A DNA stretch of 64,000 nt from Amoebidium appalachense (GCA_963693365.1 CAVNZM010000002.1:8591059-8655058), one strand, 5' to 3'. Shown: positions 36,914 to 54,602, counted from the stretch's first letter. A program made the numbers and translations. Notes: generated from the letters alone by a model not told the origin.

Positions 36914-37281
36914 ATGGACGAAGAAGTGTTGCCGTACCACGCTGGCGGGTGGAGGGCACAGGTTTGGCAGCTCAAGTTTCACTACCTGGACACGGAGAGA
37001 TTTGTGACCTCACACTTCCTGCCTGCATGGGGCCTGCTGTGTGTGAGGATTGTGCTTGTGTGCTACGCACTGGCAGTGCTTACGTCATCGGCTATGCTTG
37101 ACTTTGACCATGGCCTTTGGGTAGGTTCCTCTTTGAACATCTATGGGCATGGGTGTTGTCTATATTCTCCTCCATCCTCCCCCTCCCCCCACTCTCCCCT
37201 CCCGTCGCCTCCGGATCCTCCTCTTTCCTTCTGTCTCTTTTGTGTCCCATACCCCTCCTCCCCCCCCCCCCCCCCCCCCCC

Positions 37282-37378
<97 letters not shown>

Positions 37379-38257
37379 ATAGCCTAAACCGTACACCTTT
37401 CTAATTGCATTCTCACAACATTCATTCTTTTGGTGTCCTGTTAGTTATAAAAAACCATTCGGCCAAACCTTCCTGATGACTGATACGCACGTGCCCGTTG
37501 CAGTTTCGCTACTGCACGCAGCTGACGTACATCGGAATGACCATCTACCTCATCCTCACAATAGTCCATACAGGTGTTTTAGATTCCTACCCTTTTTTCT
37601 TTTCAGAATCATATAACATATACAAAGGCATCCAGGCAAGACTTGGTCATACTGCATGCGCAAATGCTCACAAACTTCAAATGCAACCCAGGCCCTCTCG
37701 AAATCCCCCCCCCCCCCCTTTCCTCTTCCTCTTCCCTTCCCCGGCGTCCTGAATAGCCTTAACCTGTTTCATGACAAAACATCCTAGGGCTAAGAGCATA
37801 CATGTTTTTCTAAACCAGTTGTTCACACGGCAATGTTTAAGCTACTGTAATAGTTGACGTAGAAATGAAGTTCTGATATTTTACCCTTCCCCACAGTGCT
37901 ATATTTAGAGCAAGGGAGTGAGGGCAAGCCGCCAAGTTTCGAGTCGCCGCCGCGGTGGCTCAACCTTGCATACTGGATCTCATACGAGGCCATGTTCACG
38001 TTTAAGATCATTGTACCCAACCTCTTCTGGACCTGCCTGAGGCTCTGGGCACGTAAGTTACCCCCTGATTCATCGTGCCTGTATTCGATTAATTTTAAAT
38101 TTTGGGGAATGTTTGAATTACTTGAAGCCACAAGAAAGATACCTATAGTAAACGTATCATATTTGTAGTTTCTTGAAAGTTGACTGTGGTGTGCAATCAT
38201 ATTAATAACCCTTTTTTACACACACTGCCGATGATAACAAGTATTAACACGGTGTCC

Positions 38258-38302
<45 letters not shown>

Positions 38303-38580
38303 CCCCTCCCCCCCCTCCCCCGCCGCCTCCCCAAACAGCTGCCTGGAGCGACAGCCTGCGAGCATGGACCAACCTCAGCGTGCACGGCATGTTCGGCGTG
38401 GTGAAGCTGATTGAATTTCCATGCAACCGCCAGATTTTTGTTTTCGGCCACATCTACTTTTTCGTCGCCTTTGTGCTCGGCTACTGCGTGTACATGTGGA
38501 TTTTCTACTTCACAGGGTTCGGATGGACCTACTGGTTCATGGTTCAGGATATTACCACCCCGGATGCCGCCTACCTGTAA
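36914..38580 (+). CDS. Rolling-stone / FAR-17a-AIG1-like multi-pass membrane protein (224 aa; possibly truncated by a premature stop)
   Basis: Exons 36914-37120, 37504-37573, 37897-38052 and 38339-38580 join in frame and encode several hydrophobic helices. Motifs ERFVTS, FRYCTQLTY (FxYLT-like Thr), NLSVHG (His) and WTYWFM. The TAA at 38578 corresponds to TAC in the duplicate near 47059. Confidence 0.72.
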
Positions 38581-39049
38581 CCGACCCTTGTCACTTCCTT
38601 CTGTCTTGTGTGGACTGCGTCTTCTTTGTGCACGTTGGCAGGGAGAAGCTCGTAACAAAATGCAAAAAGGGTAACTAGATGGGCTCACTGAGTCTGGGCA
38701 CGTTAGCGATTACTGTTTCTCCCGGGCACCACACGTTTGTTGCCTGTATGGGTTGCCCATATACATACTACGCGAAAGAATCAACCACACCTACTAGTAA
38801 TGATTTTTCTTAGCGAGAACAAAAAACGTTCTGGAAGTGTATTAATTTAGTGCTTGCTCGAGACACCTCTTTGCAAAAGGGCTATACCACACAAGCTGGT
38901 TTCGAGTGATGTTAGCTGACGATATGGCAGGGGACACTGTGTGTAACCCGGAACCACTCCGTGTTTTTTTTTAAAAAATGCCCTTTTTTAAACAAATTCT
39001 CTGCAAATACATTTACATTGAAAAGATCCGAATGTATGTGCACTGTGTG

Positions 39050-40440
<1,391 letters not shown>

Positions 40441-40862
40441 GGGCTAATCAAACGCTAAAATTATAAGTAATGGGATATGGATTGCTACCACGGTTAGGTT
40501 TCGCTGTGTTGGCAATCCTCACACGTATCTGATTGGTCTCCGGTGCAAACACTCGGCAAAGTGGCATATGTACATTCATCTCGAAAGAGTGGGAAATAGT
40601 TATAGCACATATGGTTACTAACTTGCAACGGCACGTTTTCCATGTACTTAAAATATCTTCCGGGGTGGAAGTACTGTTGGCCGGCAACTCACCACAGCTC
40701 AAACAATAGTTTATATTCCCCCTCGTAAGGGGGGGGTGAAATTCTTGGGGATATATCACCGCCCACCGTGTTCTTCAACATGAAAATTGTATTGCTATGT
40801 CATAATGTGAGGTCAACAGCCCCCCCCTCCCCCTCCCCCCTCCCCCTCCCCCCCCTCCCCCC

Positions 40863-40900
<38 letters not shown>

Positions 40901-41167
40901 ACATACACACACCCTGCCCCCCTCCTCACCTTATTCACTCAAATTTGTTCCCTTCATTCTTCAAGTTGAACCGCCTGATGGGATGAGAAACCCTAGCATG
41001 GTCAACGTACACATGTTCATGTTCATGTTCGAGTCATTTATCATCAAAATAGCTCAAGGCCACGCATGCACAACAACACAGTGCACGTGCACTTAATCAC
41101 AACGCGTGTGTGTGTTCGCATGTGCGATTGTGTGTGCGTGTGTGTGTGTGCGCGTGTGAGTGAGTGA

Positions 41168-41236
<69 letters not shown>

Positions 41237-41260
41237 TGAGTGCATGTGTGTGTGTGAGTG

Positions 41261-41319
<59 letters not shown>

Positions 41320-41860
41320 TGGTGCATGCATTTCCGTACGTGTATGATGTACGTGTGTATCAATTTCCGTACGCGCGCGCGCGTGTGTGTGTGCATTTCC
41401 GTACATGTGTGTGTTGTGTGTGCATTTGCGTACGTGTGTAAGTGTGTGTGCATTTCCGTACGTGGTGTGTGTGTGTGTGTATTTGCGTACGTGTGTGTGT
41501 GCGTGTGCATTTGCGTACGTGTGTTTACGAGTGAGCGCCTGCATTCCCGTACGTGTGCGTGCTGTCTTGCCAGTGCAATACCTAGTACTCCTTGTGTGGG
41601 GAGGGGTTTTTTCCCCTTTCTTTCTTTCTTTCTTTCTTTTTTTTTTTCCTTTTTTGGCCGAGGGAAGGGGGGGGGGGGGGTGGACCTTTTCCGTGCGCCA
41701 GTGATACTAAGATGATCATAATGGGATGGGAATGATACGCAAACTACAGAGCTGAGCATATCATGGCGCTAATTACTGAAACCGCAGAATATGCATCCGT
41801 TTGCTTGTGCAGTTGCAGAACCCAGGCCCACAGGTGATATGTGCATACCAAATATTTATG

Positions 41861-41894
<34 letters not shown>

Positions 41895-42189
41895 CTCCCT
41901 CTTTCAATTGCAACGCACATACAAAATGCCCGGGTCCGCCTCAAGCCCGCGCTCACATACCACACAGAAACTCGTAAGCAGTGCAATCAAATCAACACAA
42001 ATGATGTACAGGCACACACACCCGTGCTTGAACGGGCACACGTCGTGTACGCGCGCGCGCGCAGGCAAGCGCACACACAAACACCCACACACACATGGGA
42101 GTAAACTCATACTTGTACACCACGCCCGTCACACAGACGGAAGCCAAAATAGGAATACCCCACACACACGCACATACCCTCGCTTTGCT

Positions 42190-42226
<37 letters not shown>

Positions 42227-42766
42227 ATTGTTTTATTTCTAGCTTATTGCGTATATCAAAGACAGGGCAGTTACATCCTTGGGTGATATATGTATATGTA
42301 CAATACTTGCAGGCGATAGCCAAAATTTCAAATTTTAGCTCTATACTTTTAAGTTCAATGATTTAATGTTTCCTACGCACGCGTTATCGGCCGCATACTG
42401 CACAGCAGTTGCTCTCCCCTTAACCCCCCCCCCCCCCCCCCCCCCTCCCCCCCCCCGTGTCCTCGACACAAAAACCGCTCATACACCGAAAACTACATAA
42501 CACAGAGCGACACACTGTAAGTAATGAAGCGCCGCCTACTAGGTAAGCTCGAGAACAAACATGCCATCACCACCCAACAGGGGGAGACAGGCACATAAAC
42601 TCAAAAAGAACTTCTCCATACTGCGACACTGGGTGCTTAATTTTCAGACCAAAAAAACACCAAAAGAAAGACCTACGGCAAAAAAAAAAAGTTCACAACC
42701 CCTTCTTCTCCCCTCCCCCCTCAAAAAAAAGCAAAGAAAAGAAACCAAAAAACCCACCAGCTTCCG

Positions 42767-43550
42767 TTAGCAACACAGGGGCTGCTGCGTCACGTGACTG
42801 GTGAGGGCAATTCTACGGCATTCGAGCTCCGACACCGCCAACATGTATTCAATCCACGACGACTTTGGGTCGCAAGCGGGGCACGGAGCGCTACGTGTGC
42901 AATTCTGGTGGAAACCTACTGAAGACGGGGTGATGGATGTGGTAGTAGCAGTTGTGTTGATGGTATTCGCTGGAACGTCGGAAGACGCGACGAGGGGATG
43001 CTTGAAGTCGACAAAAGAGAGAATATCTGACGCCGTGGGGACTTTTGGCCCAGAAAACTGACTACCCCCCATGTAAAGAGCCTCGAGACGTGACCTCTTC
43101 TTAGTAGGAAACGAAGGCCGGATAAAACATTCGTCCCAAACTGAATCGGTGTCAACACAACTTACCGATTCCATAATCAAATCGTGTGTGACGTGGCGCT
43201 TCTCGTGCGTATTCAATGGTCCGTCTGTGAAAACGGTGTTGCGTTTCTTTGCATTTTGCGCAAGTGCGGCGGCAGCAGCAGCCCTCGCCATCTCCTGTGC
43301 CTCCCTTTCTTCCCCTTGCAGCGTCTTCCGCCCAGAAACCCCTCCTCGAAACACATTCAAACGGAACGGAAGCAATCATTATGTCCAAGCAGAAACGCAC
43401 ACACTTGTTGGGGCGCGCTTTGAAGTCGACGTGCGCAGGGATGATAACACGCGATGAAGCAGAGGCATCCACCTCCGAAGGATCGTTCGCAAGTAGCATT
43501 TCAGAGGTCTGCACACGTGTGGCAGCGACTGGCTCCGAAGGAAACGTCAT
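42767..43550 (-). CDS. Hypothetical protein with an RVxF + RxGxW motif (PPP1R15/GADD34/DP71L-like PP1 regulator), split by a 1-nt frameshift
   Basis: Two overlapping non-repetitive ORFs join into about 260 aa if one G is removed from the G4 run at 43312-43315. The joined sequence reads ...KCVRFCLDIMIASVPFECVSRRGFWAEDAAR-EEREAQEMARAAAAAALAQ... and is intronless. Confidence 0.55.
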
Positions 43551-45218
43551 TCTCGCGTAGAAGTATAAAATCAACAGTGAAATTCATAACAAGAGTGAAT
43601 AAAAACGTGCTGATTACGAAATTTATCAAAGATGGCACGCAAACCAGGATGTCCCTTTACACCTCCCACAAGATATAGCGAGCGTACGGTGGCAACTGGC
43701 AACTCCATTGCCACGAAAAAGGAAACGGGATGGGTGTAAGGCGCCTCGGCGCTTTGTTAGGTAAGGAGGTGTGACACAACAAAAACTCCTAAAACAGGAG
43801 CTTGAAAAGTTGAGGCGAATATGGGGGAAAACGTGTAAAAGTGGGAATTTAAGCGTGCTCTCCGTGTGCGTTTGAGTCACTATGAAAGGAAAAGAGCTCA
43901 AAACAAAGCAGCTCTATAAGTCAAAGACACTGCCAGTTGCTGCTTGCAAGGAAAAGATTCCTTCTTGCTCAACAACGAGAGGTGAAACAGGCAGAAACAC
44001 GTATGCCTGTGACACCTTCATACACTCTTTTTCCTCTCCACTTTTTCTAATCCGTTGAGAGAATCAGCAAAAAAAGTGCGTTTTTGGGGAAAAAAGTTTC
44101 ACAAAAGCTTCGTTGTTTTGTTCGAAACCGAAAACGGCGAATTCGTTGCCGCGCACACGCACCCGTTTTCATGTGACTCATGGCTGCAATGGTTGCAAAT
44201 CTATCCAAAAAGCTATTATGCAAACTCATTATATCTAAATTGTTTAAAAAATAAATCCCCTGCTGACAATTCTCTGAACAACATAAATTACAGTCCTCCT
44301 GGAGCTTATTGAATTATACTTTATATACGCATATATAGTGAATAAATGTACATGGATAACAAACTCCACCCTTATTAGTTTGATCCTATGAATGTTAGGA
44401 TGTTTGAACTGCCATGAGAGTGTCCCACCAGATTGTGTATCTCTTTATTTTCGACCATCAATTTTTTTCCCCGACTTTTCATCATGGCAGGTATATAAGA
44501 GCTTTCGCTTCTTTCTTTTTGTCATGACGGGACTGAAATCCGGTGCAAGGGGGATGACCTCCAGGCAGGTGCTGGCGCAACCGGGGTGATTGTTGTTTCC
44601 TGCGGGCTGCAAAGAGCTGATGAGCTACCTCTCTCCATCATGGTTCTGTCTTCGCGTCCTTTACCCGCCGGGGCGTACGGATGGTACTCTGATGGCCGCG
44701 AGGCTTCTCGTTTAGAGCCTAAAAAACCCCTTCTCATTTGAGTGACTCGAAAATCGTCTCTCGGGATATCTCTTTTTCGTGTCCTTCAAACATATGAGCA
44801 CATCAATAAAGTCATTATAAAAAATTTCGAGTCCAGAGCTTAATCCCGGATTACTATGCAACAACAATCATTTTGCACCAGCGATCCCCCAATCATGGCT
44901 TTCCATCTCAAACGTGATGCCAACAAACACTGCATGGTTATTAGCGAATCATATAACGATATTATAAATAGCGCAAATTTGTCCACTCCGTAGATTGAAA
45001 TAAATCTGTAGATATAGAATATAAGTCCTCAGTTTTTTATGATGATAATTGTTCTCGGGAAAATGTCCTGCTCATCGCGATCGCTTTATAATTAGCTTGC
45101 AAAGTTTTGTACTGCAGTTTTGTAGGCATATACAAAGTTTTTGCCGGCAACTTCGAAAAGTCCTTGTGAATCCAACCATGTTTGTGCATGTTCACAGCAA
45201 TTCAGTTTCCAGTTGCCG

Positions 45219-45249
<31 letters not shown>

Positions 45250-45300
45250 CCCTACACCTTCTCCTCCCCCTCCCCTCCTCCTCCCCCCTCCCTCCCCCCC

Positions 45301-45329
45301 TTCCCTAAGCTTCCCCTCCCACCCGCTAG

Positions 45330-45360
<31 letters not shown>

Positions 45361-45755
45361 CTGCCTGAGGCACAAGCACACATAAACACATCCGACGTAC
45401 ACACGCGCACCCCTACTCGCGTACAACTCCAGGCTTAATTTTATTGGTTTTGTGTACACTTTGAAACGTTGTATGTCCAATTTTCCTGGCCGTGACTGTG
45501 TGCGTCACGGCTTGCAACCGTTCTGCGGTACCGGTGGTGTGTCGTGTCACGGGGGGGCTGGGTGGGGCGGGGCGGGGTTGGGTGGGGTGGGGGGAGGTGG
45601 GGTGGGGTTCATGTAGCAGTAACGTCAATGTGTATAAAAGTGCTTTTGCATCACGTGCCGTCGTGCGTACTTTGTATGCTGCGCCTGTGTTGGAAGGAAT
45701 CCGATTTATGAAGCGCGGGGGGGGGGCTAGCGGGTGGGAGGGGAAGCTTAGGGAA
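45301..45755. repeat. Perfect inverted repeat of about 39 bp around a spacer of about 375 bp (possible MITE or fold-back)
   Basis: ttccctaagcttcccctcccacccgctagc(c)n at 45301-45339 has its exact reverse complement at about 45717-45755. No TSD is evident. Confidence 0.7.
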
Positions 45756-46076
45756 AGGAAGTTATTTGCAATTGCCAGTGAAGGGTCTGCTAGTACTTGT
45801 GTGTGCCGTGTGCGTGGGGATCATAGGCTAGAGGGTAGTTATGAGAATGGATTCTGAAAGCACGCTGCAGAAAGCATCGTAGTGCAGAGAAACCGCCACG
45901 ACTACTGTACATTTCCATAGGTGTCCCATAAAAGCTTTACTGTGTGTGACGGGACAAAGACAGGTATCGGCCCCGGCCCACTCTTTCCCTTCGTTTTTTT
46001 TTTTTTTTTTTTTTTTTGGGGGGGGGGGGGTGGGGGGGTTATGTTTTGCAGGAACCGTGGTAACCTTGTGCCAGAA

Positions 46077-46119
<43 letters not shown>

Positions 46120-46781
46120 TTCTTAAAGCCTTGAAACAAATACATAAATCTTATGCACGCACTGTCGACGATTATTTGTATTTGTAATTATCTGACTGAG
46201 TTCAAATAATAATAAGCACGTGACTCTATGATATGATACTGCCGAGTGTCACTTTTCAGCTATTCATAGTACAGTGTTGACCATTGTAATGAATTGAAGT
46301 TTGGGGTGTGGAACGTAACACCAGGTCCTTTAAACTTTTAATTTTAATTCTTATATTAGTAATAAAGTTAATGCCAATTCACAAGCGCTCTCATCGGGTA
46401 CGAAGAACTGGCTGCAATTTCAACCGGATACGCTCTGGACCCAACGGGACTCAGTGAGTGCACTCACGAGGTGCAAGATAAGGGCGCTACACTGCGTATT
46501 AAAATATAAAATTTCAAAAATAAAATAGAATATAATAGACATGTGTGGCACACACACACATACACGTGAATGCATGCATGCACACACACATAGGCTGATA
46601 TGCATTGTGCATTACACATTGCGGGTGGAAGCACACTCACATGGAGAGACTCGCATGCACAAACACATCTCCACACGAACATGGAACACACCCGTTAGCA
46701 TACACATCTGGCACAAACACGACAGATAACCACGCTCACAAGGACAGTTCCATATGGGCTCCGAGTTACATGGAGAGAGAG

Positions 46782-47520
<739 letters not shown>

Positions 47521-47597
47521 TATGTTTGTATGTGCACATGTCCGTGCATAGTGTGCGTGCGTGTTTCTGTGTGTGTGTGCGTGCATGCGTGTTTGTA

Positions 47598-47628
<31 letters not shown>

Positions 47629-47899
47629 GCGTGCATGCGTGTGTGCGGGCGTGCGTGCCTGCGTGCATACGTGCGTGCGTGCGTTCGTGCATGCGTGTGC
47701 ATGCGTGTGTATATGTGTGGGGGGGTGCTTGTGTGCGTATGTGTGTATGTGTGTATGTGTGTGTGAAGGTGTATGCGTGCGCGCATGTGCTCACGCATTT
47801 ACACGCACACACGTGTATATATATGTACAGAGGCATGCATGCGCATCATGTGCGGGGGGAGGGGGGAAAGGAAAAGAATTGGTAGGTGGGAGACAGAGA

Positions 47900-49330
<1,431 letters not shown>

Positions 49331-51108
49331 TATTGTCACGCGTCACGACGTTCTGACGACCTTGCAAGCCCATGCGCACATGCGATCTAATTGCGCTGAA
49401 TGACTCACCACTCTCCGTGCACTGCGGCGAGCGCGTGATCATGGCGCCAGAGTGCCACGGTGCCGCGCAGCAGCAGCAGCGGCACACGTGCATACGAATG
49501 ATTGGCGGAAAAGTGATTGGCTCGGTCCGCACCTCAGGAAGGGCTGGAACAATGTACACTGTACAGTACAATGTACACTGAGTACAGTTGTACTGTAAGA
49601 ACATCCTGAAATAATTCATTGGAAGATTCTACAGATGCCCTTGTTTTGAACTTTTTAACTAATCAAATACCCAAGACAATTCTTTGTTTCGCTTTTGCAG
49701 CAAGCCTCACAATTCACGTAGCAGTCAGACTACAGTTATTATCTATTATTCTGGATTTGCAAACCCTGAATACATTGCTCCATATTTGGACCGTGACCCG
49801 CGTGCGGCCAGTCGGCGACGGATGATCAGTTGCTAAAGAGCCTTGGGTGCCATGATCATGTGCCATGGGCCGTGGCACCATTAAACCTTCTTAGCGGTAC
49901 ACCGTGAGATACAATTCCGACATTTTGTTTTACAGAAGACAGAAGCATATGTAGGGGTTGATCTTTCTACATGGTTTGTTTTTGTTGTTACTGATTGTTT
50001 TGGTTTCCGGAGACGATATGGGATCATGCACAGCCAGATCTTTAAAGGATCCACCCGCCAAATTGTAGCCAATCGGAGACGATGTTACAATAGCAAGTGT
50101 AAACTCTCTGTAGAGCTGTACCCCACGTTTGATAAAATGTCACACTGAAATTGCAAGTCCGTGTTTCGCTTCTTTTGCACATATCTACTAGTAGAACTCA
50201 TGTAAATGCTTTTTCAAGTATGTTTTGTAACTATAAAAAATCTTGGTTTATTAAGAATAGTAAGACTTATTAATATTAGGTCCTAAACAAAAAATAAACT
50301 GTTCTTTGCAGGACCTGAAAATGATTAGCTGCTTCTTGGTTTTTTAGTCTTTGCTCTACGGTGACTAATGGTGCAATTGTGCTTCATTCTGATTGGTCAA
50401 CGGTTGATACATGCTAAATGCCCTGTTACGTTGCCAATACTGACTGAAAACGTGACCACGCTGTATCCGATGATACTCTAAGATAATCAAAATATCCATT
50501 ATTCCTTTAAAATGTCATATAACATATATGTAAACATATATACACATGCAAAATCACCTTTCCTTACAGCTCACTGGGGTTTCTGACGTTCACTGATCGT
50601 CAAACTACCGGCGCAGAGTATGGCACCATGGCCAAATCTGGGCATGCTTGCAAGACTGGCATTCAAAGTCAATATGTACTGTAATATGGCCCAATATTCC
50701 TACACGTTCATCGACTATAAATGCAGCCATGAAAGGACGCCCGGACTGCTGTTTTTTAGTCTGAGTTAGAGTTTTTCCTCTTTGTTTTTACACTGTAAAA
50801 TAAGCCTACGAGCGACCCTAACGACTTGATGTTTTGAGCTTCTCCCTCTCCACATCTGCACGCGTTCAAGTTCATACACAGTGATACTGCAACTTGCATC
50901 GAACATCTACCAGTGCAACGGCCAGAAACCAGGTCACAGTATACACACCGAGGTCTTCGACTGTGTGACCCACGGTTTTTCTTTCTTTTTAGCCGCTGAT
51001 CTTCTAGACACCGTTTGGCCAAAGTAGAGCCGGCCCGATTTCACTTCTCAACTCCTCTATCAGTAAGTTAGCACACATGATCTAGCGCAAGCGCTAAGCA
51101 AAGAACAA

Positions 51109-51798
51109 ATGGCCGCCATTATGAGCAGCAACTCGCACTTCATCCACGACACCAACAAAAATCCCCTGATGGCACCACTAAGCATGCCGAGCAAATATAG
51201 GCTTGAGGCAACTGTTAACAAAAGAACGTATTCGGGGGGATATTCATCGTCGGAGGGCGCTCCTGGCAGGATCCAACATCCCTACCATGTGCCACTTGCA
51301 CGAAGGCTAAGGCAGCTTGATTTGAATGATGGCCAGCTTGACGACAGCGATTGCCAGCCACCTTTAAGCCTCCTAGTCAGGAAGTTCCCCATAATCTGTG
51401 GGCCCGAACTTAAAGAAACACAGACAGCCTCTTTTGTACATTCACTCGTGAGGAGATTCCACATCCCATATGAAACTCTCTTCACCTCAGTCGTTTACAT
51501 GCTACGGATTACGAATCGGGTGCTAAAGGAAGGAGATGTGTGCGGACACTGTCTCTCCGTCGTGTGCCTACTCATAGCCTCGAAATTTCACGAAGATGAA
51601 AACCGGCCTACCAACAGGGAGTGGGCAAAGGCGGCGGGCTTGCCGGTGGAGAAGGTGAACGTTCTTGAAACCATGGCGCTGAAGGCGCTCGATTTCAGGC
51701 TGCATGTCTCGGCTGAGTTCTTCAAGTCGTTTTCGAAATGTTATGATCGGGATCCGCTGCTTCTGGATTTTATTAGACCGCATATGCCAGATGATTAG
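51109..51798 (+). CDS. Cyclin of the Pho80/PCL (cyclin P/U) type, 229 aa, intronless
   Basis: Cyclin box FVHSLVRR..ETLFTSVVYMLRI..CLLIASKFHEDE..TNREWAKAAGLPVEKVNVLETMALKALDFRLHVS. Confidence 0.9.
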   Translation: MAAIMSSNSHFIHDTNKNPLMAPLSMPSKYRLEATVNKRTYSGGYSSSEGAPGRIQHPYHVPLARRLRQLDLNDGQLDDSDCQPPLSLLVRKFPIICGPELKETQTASFVHSLVRRFHIPYETLFTSVVYMLRITNRVLKEGDVCGHCLSVVCLLIASKFHEDENRPTNREWAKAAGLPVEKVNVLETMALKALDFRLHVSAEFFKSFSKCYDRDPLLLDFIRPHMPDD

Positions 51799-53526
51799 GG
51801 GTTGTCACGTCGTTGACACGGAGTTCGGCACGTCCATGTCACGGCAAGATCCAAGTTGAGAGCTGTCGAATAAAGAATGTGCCGACACAGGCTGTCCATG
51901 GGCTCATTATGGGCCTAAGCGGTGTTTCGTTGGACAGCACAAGCACACCAACCTACACGCCGTTCATCTCACAAGTGACTACTACCCCGGTGTGCTGCCG
52001 ATGCACCGACCTGAAGCTTAGCTGTAAATTTAAATGACATCACCATGATAATCCTTCTTCAAATTTTCACGTTGGTATTGGATGTCACAAGAGGAGTTTT
52101 TTTTTGAAGCCTTCACATTAACCACATAGGGGCAGTGAACACAAACACAGCACAACTCCGTGCAGCACAAATTAGAGACACATGGATCTCGTAACAACGC
52201 ATTCGGCACGTTTAAGTATTGCCCGCCGGGGATCCCAGAACAACTACAAGTGGGGAACATATATTACAAGACTCTTGCTATTCTGCTGATCATGATTTCG
52301 AACGTTTTGTTTGACTTGTGTTTTATCGCAACACGCCCTCTATGAAGTAATTATTATTATTTTAGTTTGGTTTGAATGCCTTGTTCAAACTTTGCGAATG
52401 CTAGTACATCCATCTTGCGAATGCTTGCACAACCGTACCGTATATATCTTGAGCTTTCTAGTTATACGTAGGTGTACACGTTGGTTCGTGTGTGCGTGTG
52501 TGTGTACAATGGTGTGTCACCATACGTCAGCAGTCGGGGTGTTTGTTTACTTGCAGCTTCAACAGGATCCCGTCTCTGCCCGTACGTACCGGTCTGCTAA
52601 CTCTAAGAGCTTTTGAAAAATAAAAGTTTTTATGCTTTGCATCGTTTAGTGACAGTAAAATTGTTCGTGGGGGCCCACAAATATCCCTAATGGCTGTAAC
52701 CCCCCCCCTTCCGAATCGTTGAACTTGGAGGCCCACAACGCCTGGCAATATTTGCCCCCCACCCCTTCCGTCTGCCTTGTACTTATCACCACAATTATTG
52801 TGTGAGCACACACACAAAAAAACCATCATGAAAAAAATTTACCTAATTTCGGTCCGTACCACGACATCTATAATCGAGTCGAAATCGAGATATCGATAGG
52901 GGCCTGGATTTGCAGATTCTCCACTGATCATGAAACAGCCCTGCAATATTGAAGGAGACCTATACATAGACCACGTGGTTCCACAGCCGTAAGCTCCTCA
53001 ACACTTTTATTCCAACAAACATACTGGGAACTGGCCTCAACTGAGTACCTTGCGCTGAGCCTCACTTGCGTACATGCACACATTTCCTACTATGATTTGA
53101 TGGCTTATATACGGAACACAAGCCCAGGAAAACGGGAATTTGGAGGCGCCTCGGCAAGCTCATAAAGTGGGCAACGCAGAATGGGCCAAGCAAGCGTCGT
53201 GCACAGCCGACGAACACATGTAAAGAACAGTCAAACACACTGCTACCACCATAGGCTTATATGCTTCTAAATATCTGCACACATCCATATATGTTTTGTA
53301 TGACACACATTCGAAAACATGCAAGACCTAGAAGTCTTGCTCCTCCGGCCCTCCGGCCAATATACATACACAAGCAACTGCAGTAAACATGCAACTTCCC
53401 TATCTTGTCTACACCAAAACACAAGAGCGCTGTGTTGCTAACATATATGCATCAGCACATCACAAGCGGGTGTGTGCGTGCTGGGAGGGGTGATGTTGCT
53501 GTCCCTTGTTCGAATTTACTGCCCCG

Positions 53527-53917
53527 TTACTCTGCCGTAGGGGTTGTGCCTGCGTCACGTGGCGTATTCTTGGCCCAAGAGGGACAGTTGTAGGGGGGGA
53601 CTGGATAGCAAGGCTCTCTGCAGAAAGATGAATTGCTGTCAGAGGTGGGAGGACCGACAGAGGGGAAAAGGACGAGAAAGGAAATAGAAGGATACCAGGA
53701 GGAAAAGAGAGGGAGTCAAAAACCGAAACTGTGCAAGGAGTTGATATTATGTCAAGGTGGTGTGGGTTTTGGGGTGAATGAGAACGTTGAACGCCAGCCT
53801 TTCACCACCAAGGGGCCGGGAAGAGGGCTGGTGATAAAGGTAGTAGAGGGGGTGGTGTATGAGTGAGTAAGTGAGCGTGTGTATTTTGGGGACATGGGTG
53901 TGTATGTGTGTGTGTGT

Positions 53918-53968
<51 letters not shown>

Positions 53969-54602
53969 ATACCTGAGCCATGCGGTGAAGGCTGTCCCGA
54001 AGGGACGATGTGTACTTCAGCAGTGATCCATCGGTCAACTCCACCCGTAGGTCGTACGAGCACAGCCCTTGAGGCCCAGTTTGCAACCCACGGAGACTGC
54101 TTGTGATCAGAACAAACATGAGCACGGGTAACGAAAGGAGAAAGGGTGTGCAGAAGAGAGTGGTAGTGAGGGGAACAATTACAATGCACAGGAATGTCCG
54201 CAAGCAGAACAGAAGGTTCATGAGTTCATGAGTTCATGAGTGTGTTGAGTGAGTGAGTGAGTGAGTGAGTGAGTGAGTGAGTGAGTGAGTGAGTGAGTGA
54301 GTGAGTGAGTGTGCGTGCGCGCGTGTGGGTGCGCCCGTGCGCGTGTGGGTGTGTGTGTGTGTGTGTGTGTGTGAGTGAGTAGGTATAAATATATGGAGCA
54401 ATAGTGTGTAAGCTATTGACTTAACTGATCCATGCATCTACCGTAGCCGTAACCCTCGCATGTACCACAAAAAAGAACAAACCAAGAACGAACCTTTAGC
54501 CTGAATATTTACTTACAGAGAGCGTTGAATCACAGGTAGTACGGACACCGTCTTCCTCGGCGCAGCAGCTAACACTCTCTCTACCAGAGACCTGATGGCC
54601 AT
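53527..54602 (-). CDS. Probable mitochondrial ribosomal protein bL31m (yeast Mrpl36-like); last exon uncertain
   Basis: Exons 54602-54517 (basic, presequence-like MAIRSLVERVLAAAPRK...) and 54096-53973 (SYDLRVELTDGSLLKYTSSLRDSLHRMAQ) are phase-matched; the latter resembles the bL31m ELSDGS..RLIQD segment. The expected NxPxW motif (PYNCPSW) follows an acceptor at 53600 but needs an indel in a C7 run. Confidence 0.5.

Noticed and set aside
40448-40790. Minus-strand fragment (LFELW*...GRYFKYMEN) vaguely like a TRP-channel segment
   Set aside because: It is short, interrupted by a stop codon, and has no supporting exons.
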